The notes under the pieces are model-generated. The model was given only the letters and a program-made list of their open reading frames with translations, made no database searches and was not told the origin of the DNA. Below, piece by piece: positions 1-16,733 of a stretch of 64,000 nt of DNA. Position numbers and translations under genes: made by a program. Origin of the DNA: Eledone cirrhosa (Eukaryota); NCBI GenBank assembly GCA_964016885.1, contig OZ024756.1:23746001-23810000 (forward strand), written 5' to 3'. Position 1 is the first letter of the stretch. The number at the start of each line of letters is the position of its first letter.

Positions 1-123
1 AAGAAAAGGGAATTATTTAAAAACTATATTTAGAGTAACAAAGGCAGGAAGAATTCTATATACTGCACACAGTAGATGATCCTCTTGTATTCTATTCAAA
101 CCTAAATATATTATTTGTCTCAC

Positions 124-4263
<4,140 letters not shown>

Positions 4264-4440
4264 GACACTGGATGTTTTCCTTCTTTTTCTTTGTTGGCTC
4301 TTTATTTTGATTGTTTCTTTGTTTGTCTGTTGTTTTGGGGTTTGTTTGTTTTTTAGCTTCTTTTCGCTATGTGGAGTTATCTTCCTTTATTGCATGTAAA
4401 AAAAAGAAAGGGAAACATTTATATATCGATATAATATTTG

Positions 4441-4506
<66 letters not shown>

Positions 4507-4536
4507 ATATATATGTTTATATATATATATATTTAT

Positions 4537-4632
<96 letters not shown>

Positions 4633-4665
4633 GTTTATATATATATATAGGTATATATATATATG

Positions 4666-4796
<131 letters not shown>

Positions 4797-4898
4797 AATA
4801 ATGGTAGTTAAGACGGGGTTGATCGCTATGACCTGCTTATCATCAGTGGGTTACTGCGTAACAACTAAGATAAACAACACTCTTGTACAATATATATA

Positions 4899-5224
4899 TA
4901 TCACATAAGAAACGGAGAATCAGTGTTGCGACGAATAAAATGTATTAGACATATTACAATCGTTTCTCTGGCGACCAGCTCGAGACACGATCGATGTAAT
5001 GATCTAACCTGACTCTGAAATCGCAAGGTCCTCAGATACATCTCGATTCCATTTTGGAAACACTGCTTCGTAGAATCGAGACGTATCTGGAGACCTTGTG
5101 ATTTCAGAGTCAGGTTCGATCATAACATCGATCGTGCTTTGAGTTGGTCGCCAGAGAAACGATTGTAATATGTCTAATACATTTTATTCGTCGCAACACT
5201 GATTCTCCGTTTCTTATGTGATAT
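4899..5224. repeat. About 150-bp-arm inverted repeat (foldback element) within TA tracts
   Basis: Arms about 4899-5049 and 5072-5224 are near-perfect reverse complements around a ~22-nt spacer. Confidence 0.9.
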
Positions 5225-5297
5225 CATACTCTGTTCTGTAAGAGCATCGAGTGCTCAAACGGCCTACGGCTTACGGACGCTTTATGCATCCCACACC

Positions 5298-5337
<40 letters not shown>

Positions 5338-5689
5338 ATAATTTCTGCGTCCCGAGAATTATTCTCTTGTAACTATCAATTCAAGAAGGGTCACTTTAAG
5401 GGTCACTGAAAATCCGGTAGCCTCACAGCCATTGTGCACAATTTTGGTTCTCGGCGGCTGCAAGCCAGTTGGTGAAATTACAGTCGGGATTTCGGAGAAA
5501 AGATAGTTATATTTTGTCTACTCTTTCCTCACATTTATAATTGTTTCTAATTTTGGCACAAGGCCAGCAATTACCCAGTGCATTACTGGTACTTTATTTT
5601 ATCGATCCCGTAAGGACGAAAGGCAATGTGACATGATTAGACCTGTTTTTTTTCGCTTTAAAAAATGTTTTTTTCGTTTCTACCTCATT

Positions 5690-5730
5690 CTATTTTCTGA
5701 TGAAGGACTAGCGTCCGAAACGTTAAGCCT
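5690..5730 (+). ncRNA. Minimal hammerhead-ribozyme-like motif (Penelope-type)
   Basis: CTGATGA-A-GGAC-TAGC-GTCC-GAAAC-GTT: perfect 4-bp stem II, palindromic AACGTT in place of stem III, weak stem I. Confidence 0.55.
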
Positions 5731-6122
5731 CTTTTCCTACTATATCAAGCGTAAAATTAATAATATATTTTTTCAGACAGGCAAAGGCAGCTTGACAGCA
5801 AGGACGCCACAATTTATTTCTACAGATGTGTGAACTGGAACTACGTGAAATAAAGTGTCTTGTTCTAGAACACAATGCACTGCTCGGTCCGAGAATCGAA
5901 CTCACAACCTCACGATTGTGAATCCGTTGCACTAACAACTAAGCCACGTGCCTGCACTTGTTGTAAGTCCGTAAATATTCTCTTCATACTGAAAAAAATC
6001 GAGGGGATGGTCTTAACATGTTTCGTGAGGAAGATACAGAATTGTCCCGTGTAGAACTGAGTCAGTCAATATTGGATTATGAGATGGAAAGGTTTCATAT
6101 GTTACCACAAAGTAGATGGATT

Positions 6123-6142
6123 TAGTAGTAGTAGTAGTAGTC

Positions 6143-6221
<79 letters not shown>

Positions 6222-6235
6222 CGGTGGTGGTTGTG

Positions 6236-6272
<37 letters not shown>

Positions 6273-6331
6273 CGGTGGTGGTTGTAGTAGTAGTAGTAGT
6301 AGTTGTAGTAGTAGTAATAGTAGTAGTTGTT
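6123..6331. repeat. (AGT)n trinucleotide microsatellite
   Basis: Direct inspection. Confidence 0.95.
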
Positions 6332-6398
6332 GAACATCATGGCTGGCGTCGAAGATTTCACGTATTGCGTCGCATTTTTAGCCTACCCCCCACGATCG

Positions 6399-6480
<82 letters not shown>

Positions 6481-6830
6481 AAATAAGATGCTGAGGTTAC
6501 ATATATCGCTTAATCATAATAATTATTTCTACGGTTCTCCGTGCAATCGAGATGTCCTTCATGCATTTGCTGTTGATTATGAGAACGGTTTCCTCAGATG
6601 AACATCGATATATTTGATATGCCACTGGCAGGAAAACACACATCCTAATGCCTGTGCGCCCAGCATACATATGAGTTCCTTGAAGGGTTTGCCCGTCGTC
6701 GCAAAGACGAAAATAACGAAGAACCGTGTGCAACCAAATATATATATATATATATATCCCTTATATATATATATACTCCTTATATATATATATATACCCC
6801 TTATACGAAGAACGAAGAACCGTGTGCAAC

Positions 6831-6873
<43 letters not shown>

Positions 6874-6894
6874 TTTTATATATATATATATATG

Positions 6895-7040
6895 AACCAG
6901 TAAGACCCCGACGGCTGAGCTCAAGCCGTTTCGACGGCTAATTCGGGGTCTTACTGGTTCCTATTACCCACTCTACTACCCTAAGTATTGAGTACTTTGG
7001 TGCGTTATGGTCCACCTGGTTCCTTACCACATTTCCTTCG

Positions 7041-7043
<3 letters not shown>
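6895..7043. mobile_element. (TA)n-embedded foldback mini-element, family F2 copy 1
   Basis: Hairpin gaccccgacggc...ggggtc plus an ~85-bp segment shared (in reverse orientation) with 10979-11155 and 36909-37103. Confidence 0.75.
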
Positions 7044-7113
<70 letters not shown>

Positions 7114-7504
7114 TACATACACCTCTTCCAATGAAGAAGCAAAAAACAAGATAGACAGAGAGATAAAAAGTGGGGAGGGTCTCGGCGGGATTTAAACACA
7201 GAATATAAAAGTACATAACTAAATGCTACGAAACATTGCAAGTGAAAGGTGTCAACCGTCTAAAGCCATTTTGTTTCGTTGTATTTCATTGTTAACTGTA
7301 TTTCTTTATTATTTTCTATCTAGGGCGGTGGATTGGCAGAGTCGATAGAGCATTGGAGAAATGCTTAGAAGTAAATGTTCCGGCTCTTTACGTTCTGAGT
7401 TCAAATTCCGACAAAGTCAACTTTGCCTTTCGGGATCCTGAGATCGAAGGAATCGATAAAGTACAGTAAAAAAAAATCACTGTGGTCGGGTATAATCGAC
7501 TTTC

Positions 7505-7780
7505 TCATTCATTCTATTATTCTATTACGTGTTTCAGTCGAGAGGCTGAGGCCATGCTGAGGCCATGCTGGGGCACCACTACCGATGCTACACGTTTTAT
7601 ATGCCAGCCTTCCATGGCTGGCCATTGATGCAAAAGGATGTTTGTTGCTGCTGCTCTTATTTCGTGCTGAGGGTTCATCCGGGATCTTGGTCAGTAGAAT
7701 GTCGAGATGTCTCTTGAAAATATTTACATGCACACCTTGTAGATCTCTCAGACTTTTTGGCAGCTTATTAAAAAGCAAAT
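7505..7780 (-). mobile_element. CR1/L2-group LINE 3' end
   Basis: LFNKLPKSLRDL...FKRHLDILLTKIPDEP C-terminal motif, then a ccccagcatggcc...gactgaaac tail with (aatag)n. Confidence 0.65.
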
Positions 7781-7994
7781 TGCTGGCCTTGTGCCCAAAT
7801 ACTAGAAAGAATTATTGTCTAACTACGTTAACACAACAGCTATCATACTATAATTAGCTAGCTGGGAGAAAGAACAGAAGAACGTGTGACGAGTCAAAAT
7901 TACAACTTGTAAAAGAAATTCGGCTAATTGGTTGTGCATTGGATAGTCTTGGTCAACAACTGTTGGTTGCACTACAAAGACAACACTAAAGAAA

Positions 7995-8340
7995 TATTAT
8001 ATTGTATTATATTATATTATATTATATTATATTATATTATATTATACTATATTATATTATGTTATATTATATTATATTATAATGTAATATGGTATTATAT
8101 AATATAAAATATAATATAATATAAAATAATATTATATAATAATATTATATAATAATATTATATTATATAACATAATATAATATAAAATAATAATATAATA
8201 TAATATGGTATTGTATAATATAAAATATAATATAATGTAAAATAATATTATATAAAATATAATATTATATAATATTAAATAATATATAATATAATACAAT
8301 ATAAAATATAATATAATATAATGATATAATATAATTTTTA
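7995..8340. repeat. Near-pure A/T pentamer repeat (TATTA)n switching to (TAATA)n
   Basis: Direct inspection. Confidence 0.85.
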
Positions 8341-8714
8341 TTAATGGTACCAGTAGACAGAATAGCGGATAAGTTACCTCGTGGGGAGTTACCTCGGGGT
8401 GGTGGTTACTTCGGAGGGGGTTACATTGTGGTGGGGGTTACCTCAGTGTGAGTTATCTCCGGGCGGGGGGTGCCTCAAGGTTGGGGTTACCTCGGAGACG
8501 GTTACAACGGGGGAGAGGGGGGGCTAACTCGAAGGATAGCGATGGAAATGTACTTTTCATAAGATATGAAAATCAACTAGAATAGATTATGTCGTTGTTG
8601 TTGCTATTATATTCTGTGTTTAAGGATTGAAACCCAGTAAATAAACATCTGCTCTGGATTTCATTCACTAAATAGAATATACACTAAAGAAACAATCGAT
8701 AGTCGATCGACTTT

Positions 8715-8920
8715 CGTCAAATCGGACCGAGGAAACAATGTTTCCGTTGGTCTTTCCAATTGCTAATACTATCTATCGGTCGCAACTCCAGGTAGAAGGA
8801 GCAACGTGAAATAAAGTGTCTTGCTGAAGGACATAACGCATCGCCCGGTCCAGGAAACGAACTCACAACCTCACGATTGCGAATCCATTTTTCTAACCAC
8901 TCAGCCACGCGTCTTCACCT
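8715..8920 (-). mobile_element. SINE with CORE-like head and a distinct tail; copies at 40428-40670, 55050-55165 and 60770-61005
   Basis: Shared tcaaatcggacc..ggaaacaatgtttcc..tggtctttcca body. Confidence 0.7.
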
Positions 8921-9084
8921 TAAACAATAAAACTAATTAAATACGTATATAAATTATATGTGATGCAGAAATTATTTTTAGAAAATCAAAACCTTGTATA
9001 AGCAAGTTGTATTTTCATTTCTGATAGAAATATCAAGTTTTCGCACCACGTTGAGAACCCCTCAAGTTTTTGCTCGAAGGTTTT

Positions 9085-9290
9085 GGGCCAAAAGTTCTAG
9101 GCACCACTTTGGGACCTCTCAGGTTTTAAACCAAAAGTTCTAGGCACCACTTTGGGAAGCCATCAAGTTTTAGACTAAACATTCTAGGCACCACTTTCGG
9201 AACCCCTCAGATTTTAGACCAAACGTTCTAGGCACCACTTTAGAGATCCCTCATGTTTGGGAACAAAGGTTCTAGGTATTACTTTGCAAC
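9085..9290. repeat. ~45-bp tandem repeat x5 (ttctaggcaccacttt core)
   Basis: Direct inspection. Confidence 0.8.
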
Positions 9291-9454
9291 TCCCATTTTT
9301 ATACCCTGCTCTATAATAGAGCAAAAATATTATTTTACTTAAAGAAAAAATAAAATACATTGAACCTAATATAAACGGATACCAATAAATGATTTAATAA
9401 CAAATAAATTTAAAAAATGATAATAAACAGAGAAAATAATAAAAGTGTAGATAA

Positions 9455-9485
<31 letters not shown>

Positions 9486-9550
9486 GAATCTAGGTATTTC
9501 TTATTACAAGTGTAAGAGAAACCTGTTTTAAATGAGTACTCAACACTATA

Positions 9551-9676
<126 letters not shown>

Positions 9677-9844
9677 TGTTGTGATGCAATTGTGTGTTTT
9701 TACTAACATTGCTTATGTTGCATGTTTTAAGAATTCTCTGACGACACAAGAATGAGTGATATTTACAAATAATACCAAATTCCTCGAGTCAACACTAAAA
9801 TTATAAAATGTAGAAATATCTATATATTAATGATGGATCTTAGG

Positions 9845-10023
9845 CAGTGCCGGACTTTCACCCGTTAAAGAATAAAAACATATATATATATATAATCATT
9901 TTTGATGATTTAATGTTAAAGAATAAAAATGAATGATAAAATATTTGTTTATTAAAATGAGGCTCCAGGGAGCCTATGTCCCTAGGCTTTAGCTTATTTA
10001 GCTTATAGGGAAATCCAGCACTG
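9845..10023. mobile_element. hAT-type MITE
   Basis: TIRs CAGTGCCGGA / TCCAGCACTG; imperfect 8-bp TSD atcttagg / atcttcat. Confidence 0.6.
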
Positions 10024-10889
10024 ATCTTCATCGAGGTTTTTCACCCCTTTTATTTCTCCAATGTATCCTTTCTTTCCATTATTATAGAGACATATGTTAT
10101 AAGAATAAAACATGTTTACTTTTATATCTACAGAATTCAGCAATTATATATATGTGAAAAAAGAGAGTCCCGCATGGTTAAAAACATATGAATGAATAAA
10201 GAATATGGGCGAAGACAGGAAAATGAACGCGGACAGTAGTCCCATCTCATCAGTCGACAGTTAGAGACACGTTGTTTCGGTGCTTTAAGATCGATACAAC
10301 TCGCTCTAGTTCACAAGGGACAGTAACAAATGGGCAAAGGAGAAGACGATAGACTATTAACAAATAATAGCAAATATATATCTCTTTTACTTGTTCCAGG
10401 CATCCGGCTGAGTTCATGTATATATACAGTTTGCAAGATTTAGCATTCTGGAGCCACTTTTCACTGTATATAAGGTACAAAATTTACCCATCTCATTACA
10501 GTTGAAAATTGCAAACTTGACTGTCACCACACATTATGAACCTGAAGATTGCGAAAGCATGAATGTACTTGTTCAATTAACACTTAACATTTAATATTCT
10601 ATCATACTATTTCATTATAATACCATTATAAATTTTAAAGGATTGTAAATAAAACGAGTAAATCAGAAAGTTGGAATTCCTCTTATTAATATATATATAT
10701 ATATATGTGTGTGTATATATACAGAGGGAGAGATGATATTTGGGTTTTGCTTGATTAATTAGTCTGATGAGAAGATTAGGGCTAGAGGCGGATCTAAAAC
10801 ATAGATATGGATCTTGAGCCACCCATCTGTGAAACTTTCGTAACTAAGCCTAACCAATAAAAAAACTCAATGTGAAACCTCGTTTTGTT

Positions 10890-10978
<89 letters not shown>

Positions 10979-10981
<3 letters not shown>

Positions 10982-11155
10982 CGAAGGAAGTGTGGTAAGG
11001 AACCAGATGGACCATAATGCACCAGAGTACTCAATACTTAGGGTAGTGGAGTGGGTAATAGGAAAATGTTTAACCCCGACGGCAGAGCTCAAGCCGTTTC
11101 GACGGCTATTTGACGGCTATTTGAGCTCTGCCGTCGGGGTTAAACATTTTCTTAT
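10979..11155. mobile_element. (TA)n-embedded foldback mini-element, family F2 copy 2
   Basis: aacgaaggaagtgtggtaagg... then inverted repeat gaaaatgtttaaccccgacggcagagctcaa...ttgagctctgccgtcggggttaaacattttc. Confidence 0.8.
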
Positions 11156-11488
11156 ATATATATATATATATATATTTATGTTAAATAATATATAAAATAT
11201 ATATTAGAAAAGGAATGATGAAAAAAACAGAAAAGCAAATCAGAAAATAAACTATATAAAAATTCAGAAATACCTGAAAATTGGAGCAATTCTTTCTGTG
11301 AGTATGTCCTGAGGTCGACGACGTTCCTTCTATGTTACTAATGAAGGAAATGGAAAAAATAAATAAACAAATAAACCAACGGAATAAAAGAACGTTCGAA
11401 TAATTAAACTAACAAACCGAATGGACAAACGAACAAACGAATAATATTAAATATATATAGAAGTGTGTATGTATGTATGTATGTATGA

Positions 11489-11532
<44 letters not shown>

Positions 11533-11558
11533 ATGTATATGTTTATATATATATATAA

Positions 11559-11606
<48 letters not shown>

Positions 11607-11651
11607 TATACATATATATATATATGCATATAATATATTTATTTATATATA

Positions 11652-11688
<37 letters not shown>

Positions 11689-11739
11689 ATATATATATAT
11701 ATGTGTGTGTATATATATATATCATATCTATATATATAA

Positions 11740-11791
<52 letters not shown>

Positions 11792-12529
11792 GTTATATAT
11801 ATGTGTGTGTTATATAAAGATGAAGAATATATATATCCAAAAAGAGAAAAAGATGACATTCATTATTTTCTTTTTTTTTCTTTTTTCTTTCTTGTTTGTT
11901 TTTTTTTTTGTTTTGTATGTTTGCATGTTTGTTGGTTTGTGGACTTAACTTACTTGCAGGTCTTTCTGTTCCACCTCACAATTTAACGACTAATTCGAAT
12001 CAGAAAGAACTAGATACTTTATTGAGAATATATAAATAGAGAGAGAAAGAAAGAAAGGACATGTAGAGAAAGAAAGAGAAAGACAGAGGAAGAGGGAGAG
12101 GGGGAGAGAGAGAAAGAAAGAAAGGACGGAAGGACAGAAAAGGAGAGAGAGGGGGAGGACAGAAAGAAAGAAAGAAAGGACAGAAAGGGAAAGAGAGGAG
12201 GGAGGACAGAAAGAAAGAAACAAACCAACAAACACAAACAAACAAAGAAACAAAGAAGGATTTCAAAACTTTTCCATTTGGTTCTGCAAGATTGAACCTC
12301 GGGTCAAATGGAAAACAACTACTTCCGGTAAAGAAATGTACATGGCATTGTTTGTTACGGGGTAGGGAGAGGTGGTGTGTAGGTGTCTTGTGTATGTTTA
12401 TTGGAGTGAGGGGGGGCATGTTTGTGTATGAGTGCCTGTGTATGTGTGTATGTGTGTCTGTGTGTATGTGCCTGCGTCTTAGTGCATGTGACTGTGTGCG
12501 TGTGTGTCTTTGCGTGTATTTCGTGATGT

Positions 12530-12780
12530 GGTTGAGGCGGTGTTGGCGGTGGTGATGGTGGTGGCGGCGGCGGCGGCGGGGGTGTGGTGGTGGTGGTGGT
12601 GGTGGTGGTGTGGTGATGGTGGTGGTAGTAGTGGCGGTGTTGGTGGTTGTAGAGGTGGTGGTAATGGTGTTAATAGTTTTGGTGGTGGTAGTGGCGGTGT
12701 TGGTGATGGAAGTAATGTGGTGGTGGTGGTGGTGGTGGTGGTGGTGGTGGTGGTGGATATGTGATGGCGGTGGCACTGGT
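12530..12780. repeat. (GGT)n trinucleotide microsatellite
   Basis: Direct inspection. Confidence 0.9.
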
Positions 12781-12959
12781 ATTGCTTCTTTTTTTAGAAG
12801 AGGTATTTTATTTTTTATTCTATTTTTTTTGTGTTAATCTATTTCGTTCCTCCATTGCCGTAGTAACTATTACATAGTAGAGATAATTAATGCAACTTTC
12901 CTCTTAACAATTCATTAGCAAAGAAAAATAATTTCCTTTACCTTTTTTTTTTTTCAAAT

Positions 12960-13205
12960 AACCCCCGAAGCGTAAAATCTGGTCACCGATTTTTTCCTGA
13001 ATCGATGGACAGATTTTACGGGCAAAACCAACCGGTAGGAGACCCTTTGGGTAGACCTGGAGCAAGATGGTTGGATAACATCCACGAGCTTCATTGATCT
13101 CGCTTGGTGATCCAGCCGGATCAGTTGGAGACGGCTGCTTCTGACATGACCCCTGCTGGAGTGAGCGTTTGAGGACTCTTTCCCCCACGATCCTCTCAAG
13201 AAGCA
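12960..13205 (+). mobile_element. RTE (Expander/Rex3-like) LINE 3' fragment
   Basis: Homologous to 51900-52110 and, in reverse, to 33430-33700, 51390-51830 and 59110-59420; AKPTGRRP.GRP..RW motif. Confidence 0.7.
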
Positions 13206-13259
13206 GAAGAGCCATCACAGCGGGATCTATAGTACCCACAACTGCAGCATCCACACGAG

Positions 13260-13678
13260 AATCTCTGTTCAGTAGTTCTAAAAAGTGTTCTCTCCATCGA
13301 CTGTTTTGACCTTAGTTGTGTGGAGGCTACTGCCATCTTTTGTCCTCATAGATGTGATTCTTTCCACATGGGGCCAAAAAGCTTGTTTTATTAACTTATA
13401 TAGCTCTGCTATTTTTTGCATCATCAGCGGCCTGCATCTCTGCTGCAAGATTTGACCACTGTGTGTGTCATGCATTTTCCGCAGAGTCCGCTGTGAATCA
13501 GCCTTAGCTTGCTTAAACGAATCCTTTAGTTGTTTTTTCTGTATTTCTGATAGATTTTTCTACAAGAGACGGCTACGTATATTGTTCTTGGTTGGAACAA
13601 TAGCGCTTATTGCTTGCTCATTTTCTCTAAACCAGTCCTGAGATTTGAAGGAAGCTGTGCCCACAACAACCTTAGTAA
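13260..13678 (-). mobile_element. Decayed RTE/BovB-like LINE fragment (endonuclease-RT linker)
   Basis: Frameshifted DWF...QRTLRKMHD...LYKLIKQAF..P...TKDGSSL pattern. Confidence 0.55.
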
Positions 13679-14082
13679 CACACACACACACACATATATA
13701 TACATATATATATATGTACAATATTAAATAAATGGAAACTATATTTATAAAACCATACTTATTTCATTATATATATTTCAGGGATATCATATTAACAATA
13801 TGCTATGCCTTCCTCAGACAAAATACTGTAATATTGTAAATATACTCCAAATATTTGTCGAGTGCTTTTATATCAGTTATAAATATTTACTAGTTGTAAC
13901 CCAACAATTTAAATATAACTTTCCATATATATATATGTATATATTAATTCAAAATATTAACAAAAATAGACATTCGTATGATCAAGTATATTTTAGTATA
14001 CATATTTCAGAGGTACTGAGCTATCCAATCTATTGTAAAACTCATTCTTTGATTTATTCATTGAACCTTGTTTAACCTTTAA

Positions 14083-14117
<35 letters not shown>

Positions 14118-14119
<2 letters not shown>

Positions 14120-14271
14120 GTATATCCCGGCGCCGAAGACGCACCCTAATTTTGACAACCAAATATTTGAAAAAAAAAATAAATAAACAACCTTCGGCCT
14201 CCAGAACGCATGGTAGATTTTTGAGACTTATTTTAGGAAAAAAGTAGCGTCTTCGACGTCGGGAAATACGG
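14118..14271. mobile_element. Tigger/pogo-type MITE
   Basis: TIRs CCGTATATCCCGGCGCCGAAGACGC / GCGTCTTCGACGTCGGGAAATACGG flanked by TA. Confidence 0.8.
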
Positions 14272-14688
14272 TATATATATATTATATATATATATTTTAT
14301 ATATTCATCATCATCATCATCATCATCATCGTTTAACGTCCATGTTCCACGCTTGCATGGGTTTGGACGGGAGTTTTCCCACTTGAGGCAAGAGTGGTTG
14401 TCTTGCTCGCATATGACTGTCTGGCGGGTTTTCTACAGCTGGATGCCCTTCCTAACACCAACCACGTTTACAGTGTGGGGCTGGGAGGTTTTTACCGTGT
14501 TGCCTACACGGCCACATTACAGCGTGGACTGTGTGTTTTTTTTGTCGTGACACCTACACGATCTCATTTGTTTCGGCCTGGATGTTGTGTCACCAACATA
14601 ACTTTACATAGAAGGGGGGGCGGTGTGGATGGGGTGGGGTGTATTTTGTTAGAGATGCCTACTGACTGTAGTAGGTTTTACTTTGTAT

Positions 14689-15670
14689 TTAGGTAAGGCG
14701 GGTCTTCTCTATTACTGAGTACCGCCAAAGATCTCGGTCCAGTGACATTGTCTTGGAGAGGTGTAAGTGTGTGAGGTCGGAATTTATCAGGTCGTCCCAG
14801 GTTTTTCTGAGTCTGCCTACTCCGTGGCTACCGTCTATCTTTATTGCCCTGCACTTTTTTATACAGTTGTCGTCTTTCATGCGCATCACGTGACCATACC
14901 AACGTAGCCTTCTCTCGAGTAAACATCTGATCCCTCTTATTTCTAATTTTTCCCTTAGTTCGTTTATGCTTTGCCGTTCACGTATATTACACATCCAGCG
15001 GAGCATGCAAGCTTCGTTCCTCTCTAGTCTGCGTAAATCCTCTGCACACAATGCCCAGGTCTCACTGCCATGCAACATTGCTGTTCGTATACAGGCATCA
15101 TACAGCCTGCCTTTCATTTTTAGGGAGAACCCTTTAGCGGCTAATAGTGGTATAAGCTCTCTGAACTTTTTCCATCCAGTTCTGACTCTAGCTACTGTAC
15201 TTTCAGAGCACCCTCCCCCACTGCTAATTTTGTCACTCAGGTAACGGAAGCTGTCCACTATTTCTATAGAACCCTCTGCGCAATTGAAAGAGCTAGTATT
15301 TTGTGGGCACTTGCTGCTACTTATTGCACCAGAGCACCGGCCACATGTAAAATCTATGTTCTTAGTTAGCTTACCTGTGATCCAACTACATCTTTTATGC
15401 ACCCATACTTTGCATTTGGGACATAAAATGGAGTTTCTACCTACGCCTTTCCTACACACTGAGCATGGCTATTTCCCGGAAGGGACCGGCGCCTTATTTT
15501 CTTTCCTACAAACTAGAACTTTAGTCTTAGCCAGGTTAATTTTAAGGCCTTTTGATTCTAGGCCGTGCTTCCATGTTTGGAATTTCTTCTCTAGCTCGGC
15601 CATTGATTCAGCTATGAGCGTTAGATCATCTGCGTATAGGAGTTCCCATGGGCAGCCGGTCTTGAACTCC
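14689..15670 (-). mobile_element. 5'-truncated RTE-clade LINE (RT C-terminus with Cys-rich insert), pseudogenised
   Basis: CPWELLYADDLTLIAES RT motif, KTKVL, CxxC...HKRC...CxxC insert, FRYL, RRLRWYGHVMRM; in-frame stop near 15470. Confidence 0.92.
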
Positions 15671-16472
15671 AGTTATAGCCTGAAGGGCAATAATAAATAT
15701 ATTTATATATATATATTATATAAAAAAAGCCTCAACCACAGACATCGCTTGATATGTGACATTTTTTGCGATGCATGGTATTGCTGGTCATAGGGAAGTT
15801 CCGAGCTGGACTAAAAAACACATCCGTGATGCTCATGTTTAAGTATCAAGCGATGGCATTACCCGAAATCGAGTTGTGGCATTTATATATATATATAAAA
15901 CATGAGAAGAAAGAATACTGCGTGGTTGCACATGGGTTACATATGATAAAAAGTCCTTCGTCAGTGATTTTCCAACCTTCATTGGTATTTCATCGCTTTA
16001 AAAATCATATACTTCCGGTTGGTGCGAGCAATAGCTAAATAAAGCTATTGGGACAAGTAAATCGCGTAAAGCGAGCGAGACAAGTAAACAAACATAGAAG
16101 GATGATAGCAACGCAAAGATAGGAAAAAAACAAGCAGCATGGTTATCCGGTCAGCTTAAGCTGGGTGGATTTCATGAGCGAGTGAGATACAGACCATCCG
16201 ACGTGAATATATAGAGAGAGAGAGAGAGAGAAAGAGAAAGAGAGAGAGAATAAGGAAATGCGAAGTAGTTTCAGATGTTAAAATCCTTTATTGATAAGAC
16301 TGTGATACATATTTCAATGACGACAGTGGCCACGCAATTCCGCGTACCCAGTGCCATGATCTCACCAGACAGCATCTTCCATAATAAGGTTACGTTCCCG
16401 AGGCAATCCAAATTGAAACAAGGGAACGGACAAAGATAATGTTCTTGAAACTTTCACCCGCTCCCCTGTATG

Positions 16473-16515
<43 letters not shown>

Positions 16516-16691
16516 TCTAGTCAAAATTTGGTAGAAATATCCAAGTGTAAGAGCACTCAGTCCTTAATCCACTATTGTAACTATTATATATATATAACGG
16601 CTGACTGAATACACCTGTTTCTCAAAATTGTTTATTCCGTTCCTTCCTCTTCTTACTTTCTATATTTCTATTTCATCTTTTACTTCTCATT

Positions 16692-16733
16692 CTATCTTCT
16701 GATGAAGAACTATTCTCCGAAAAACGTAGACCC
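16692..16733 (+). ncRNA. Degenerate copy of the 5690 hammerhead-like motif
   Basis: CTGATGAAGAACTATTCTCCGAAAAACGT; flanks align with 5680-5770. Confidence 0.35.

Noticed and set aside
6079-6478. Poly-Ser, poly-Val and poly-Tyr ORFs
   Set aside because: (AGT)n microsatellite.
12000-12837. 258-aa His/Thr/Pro-rich ORF and overlapping frames
   Set aside because: Built from (GGT)n, (TG)n and (GAAA)n simple repeats; no domain and no splice support.
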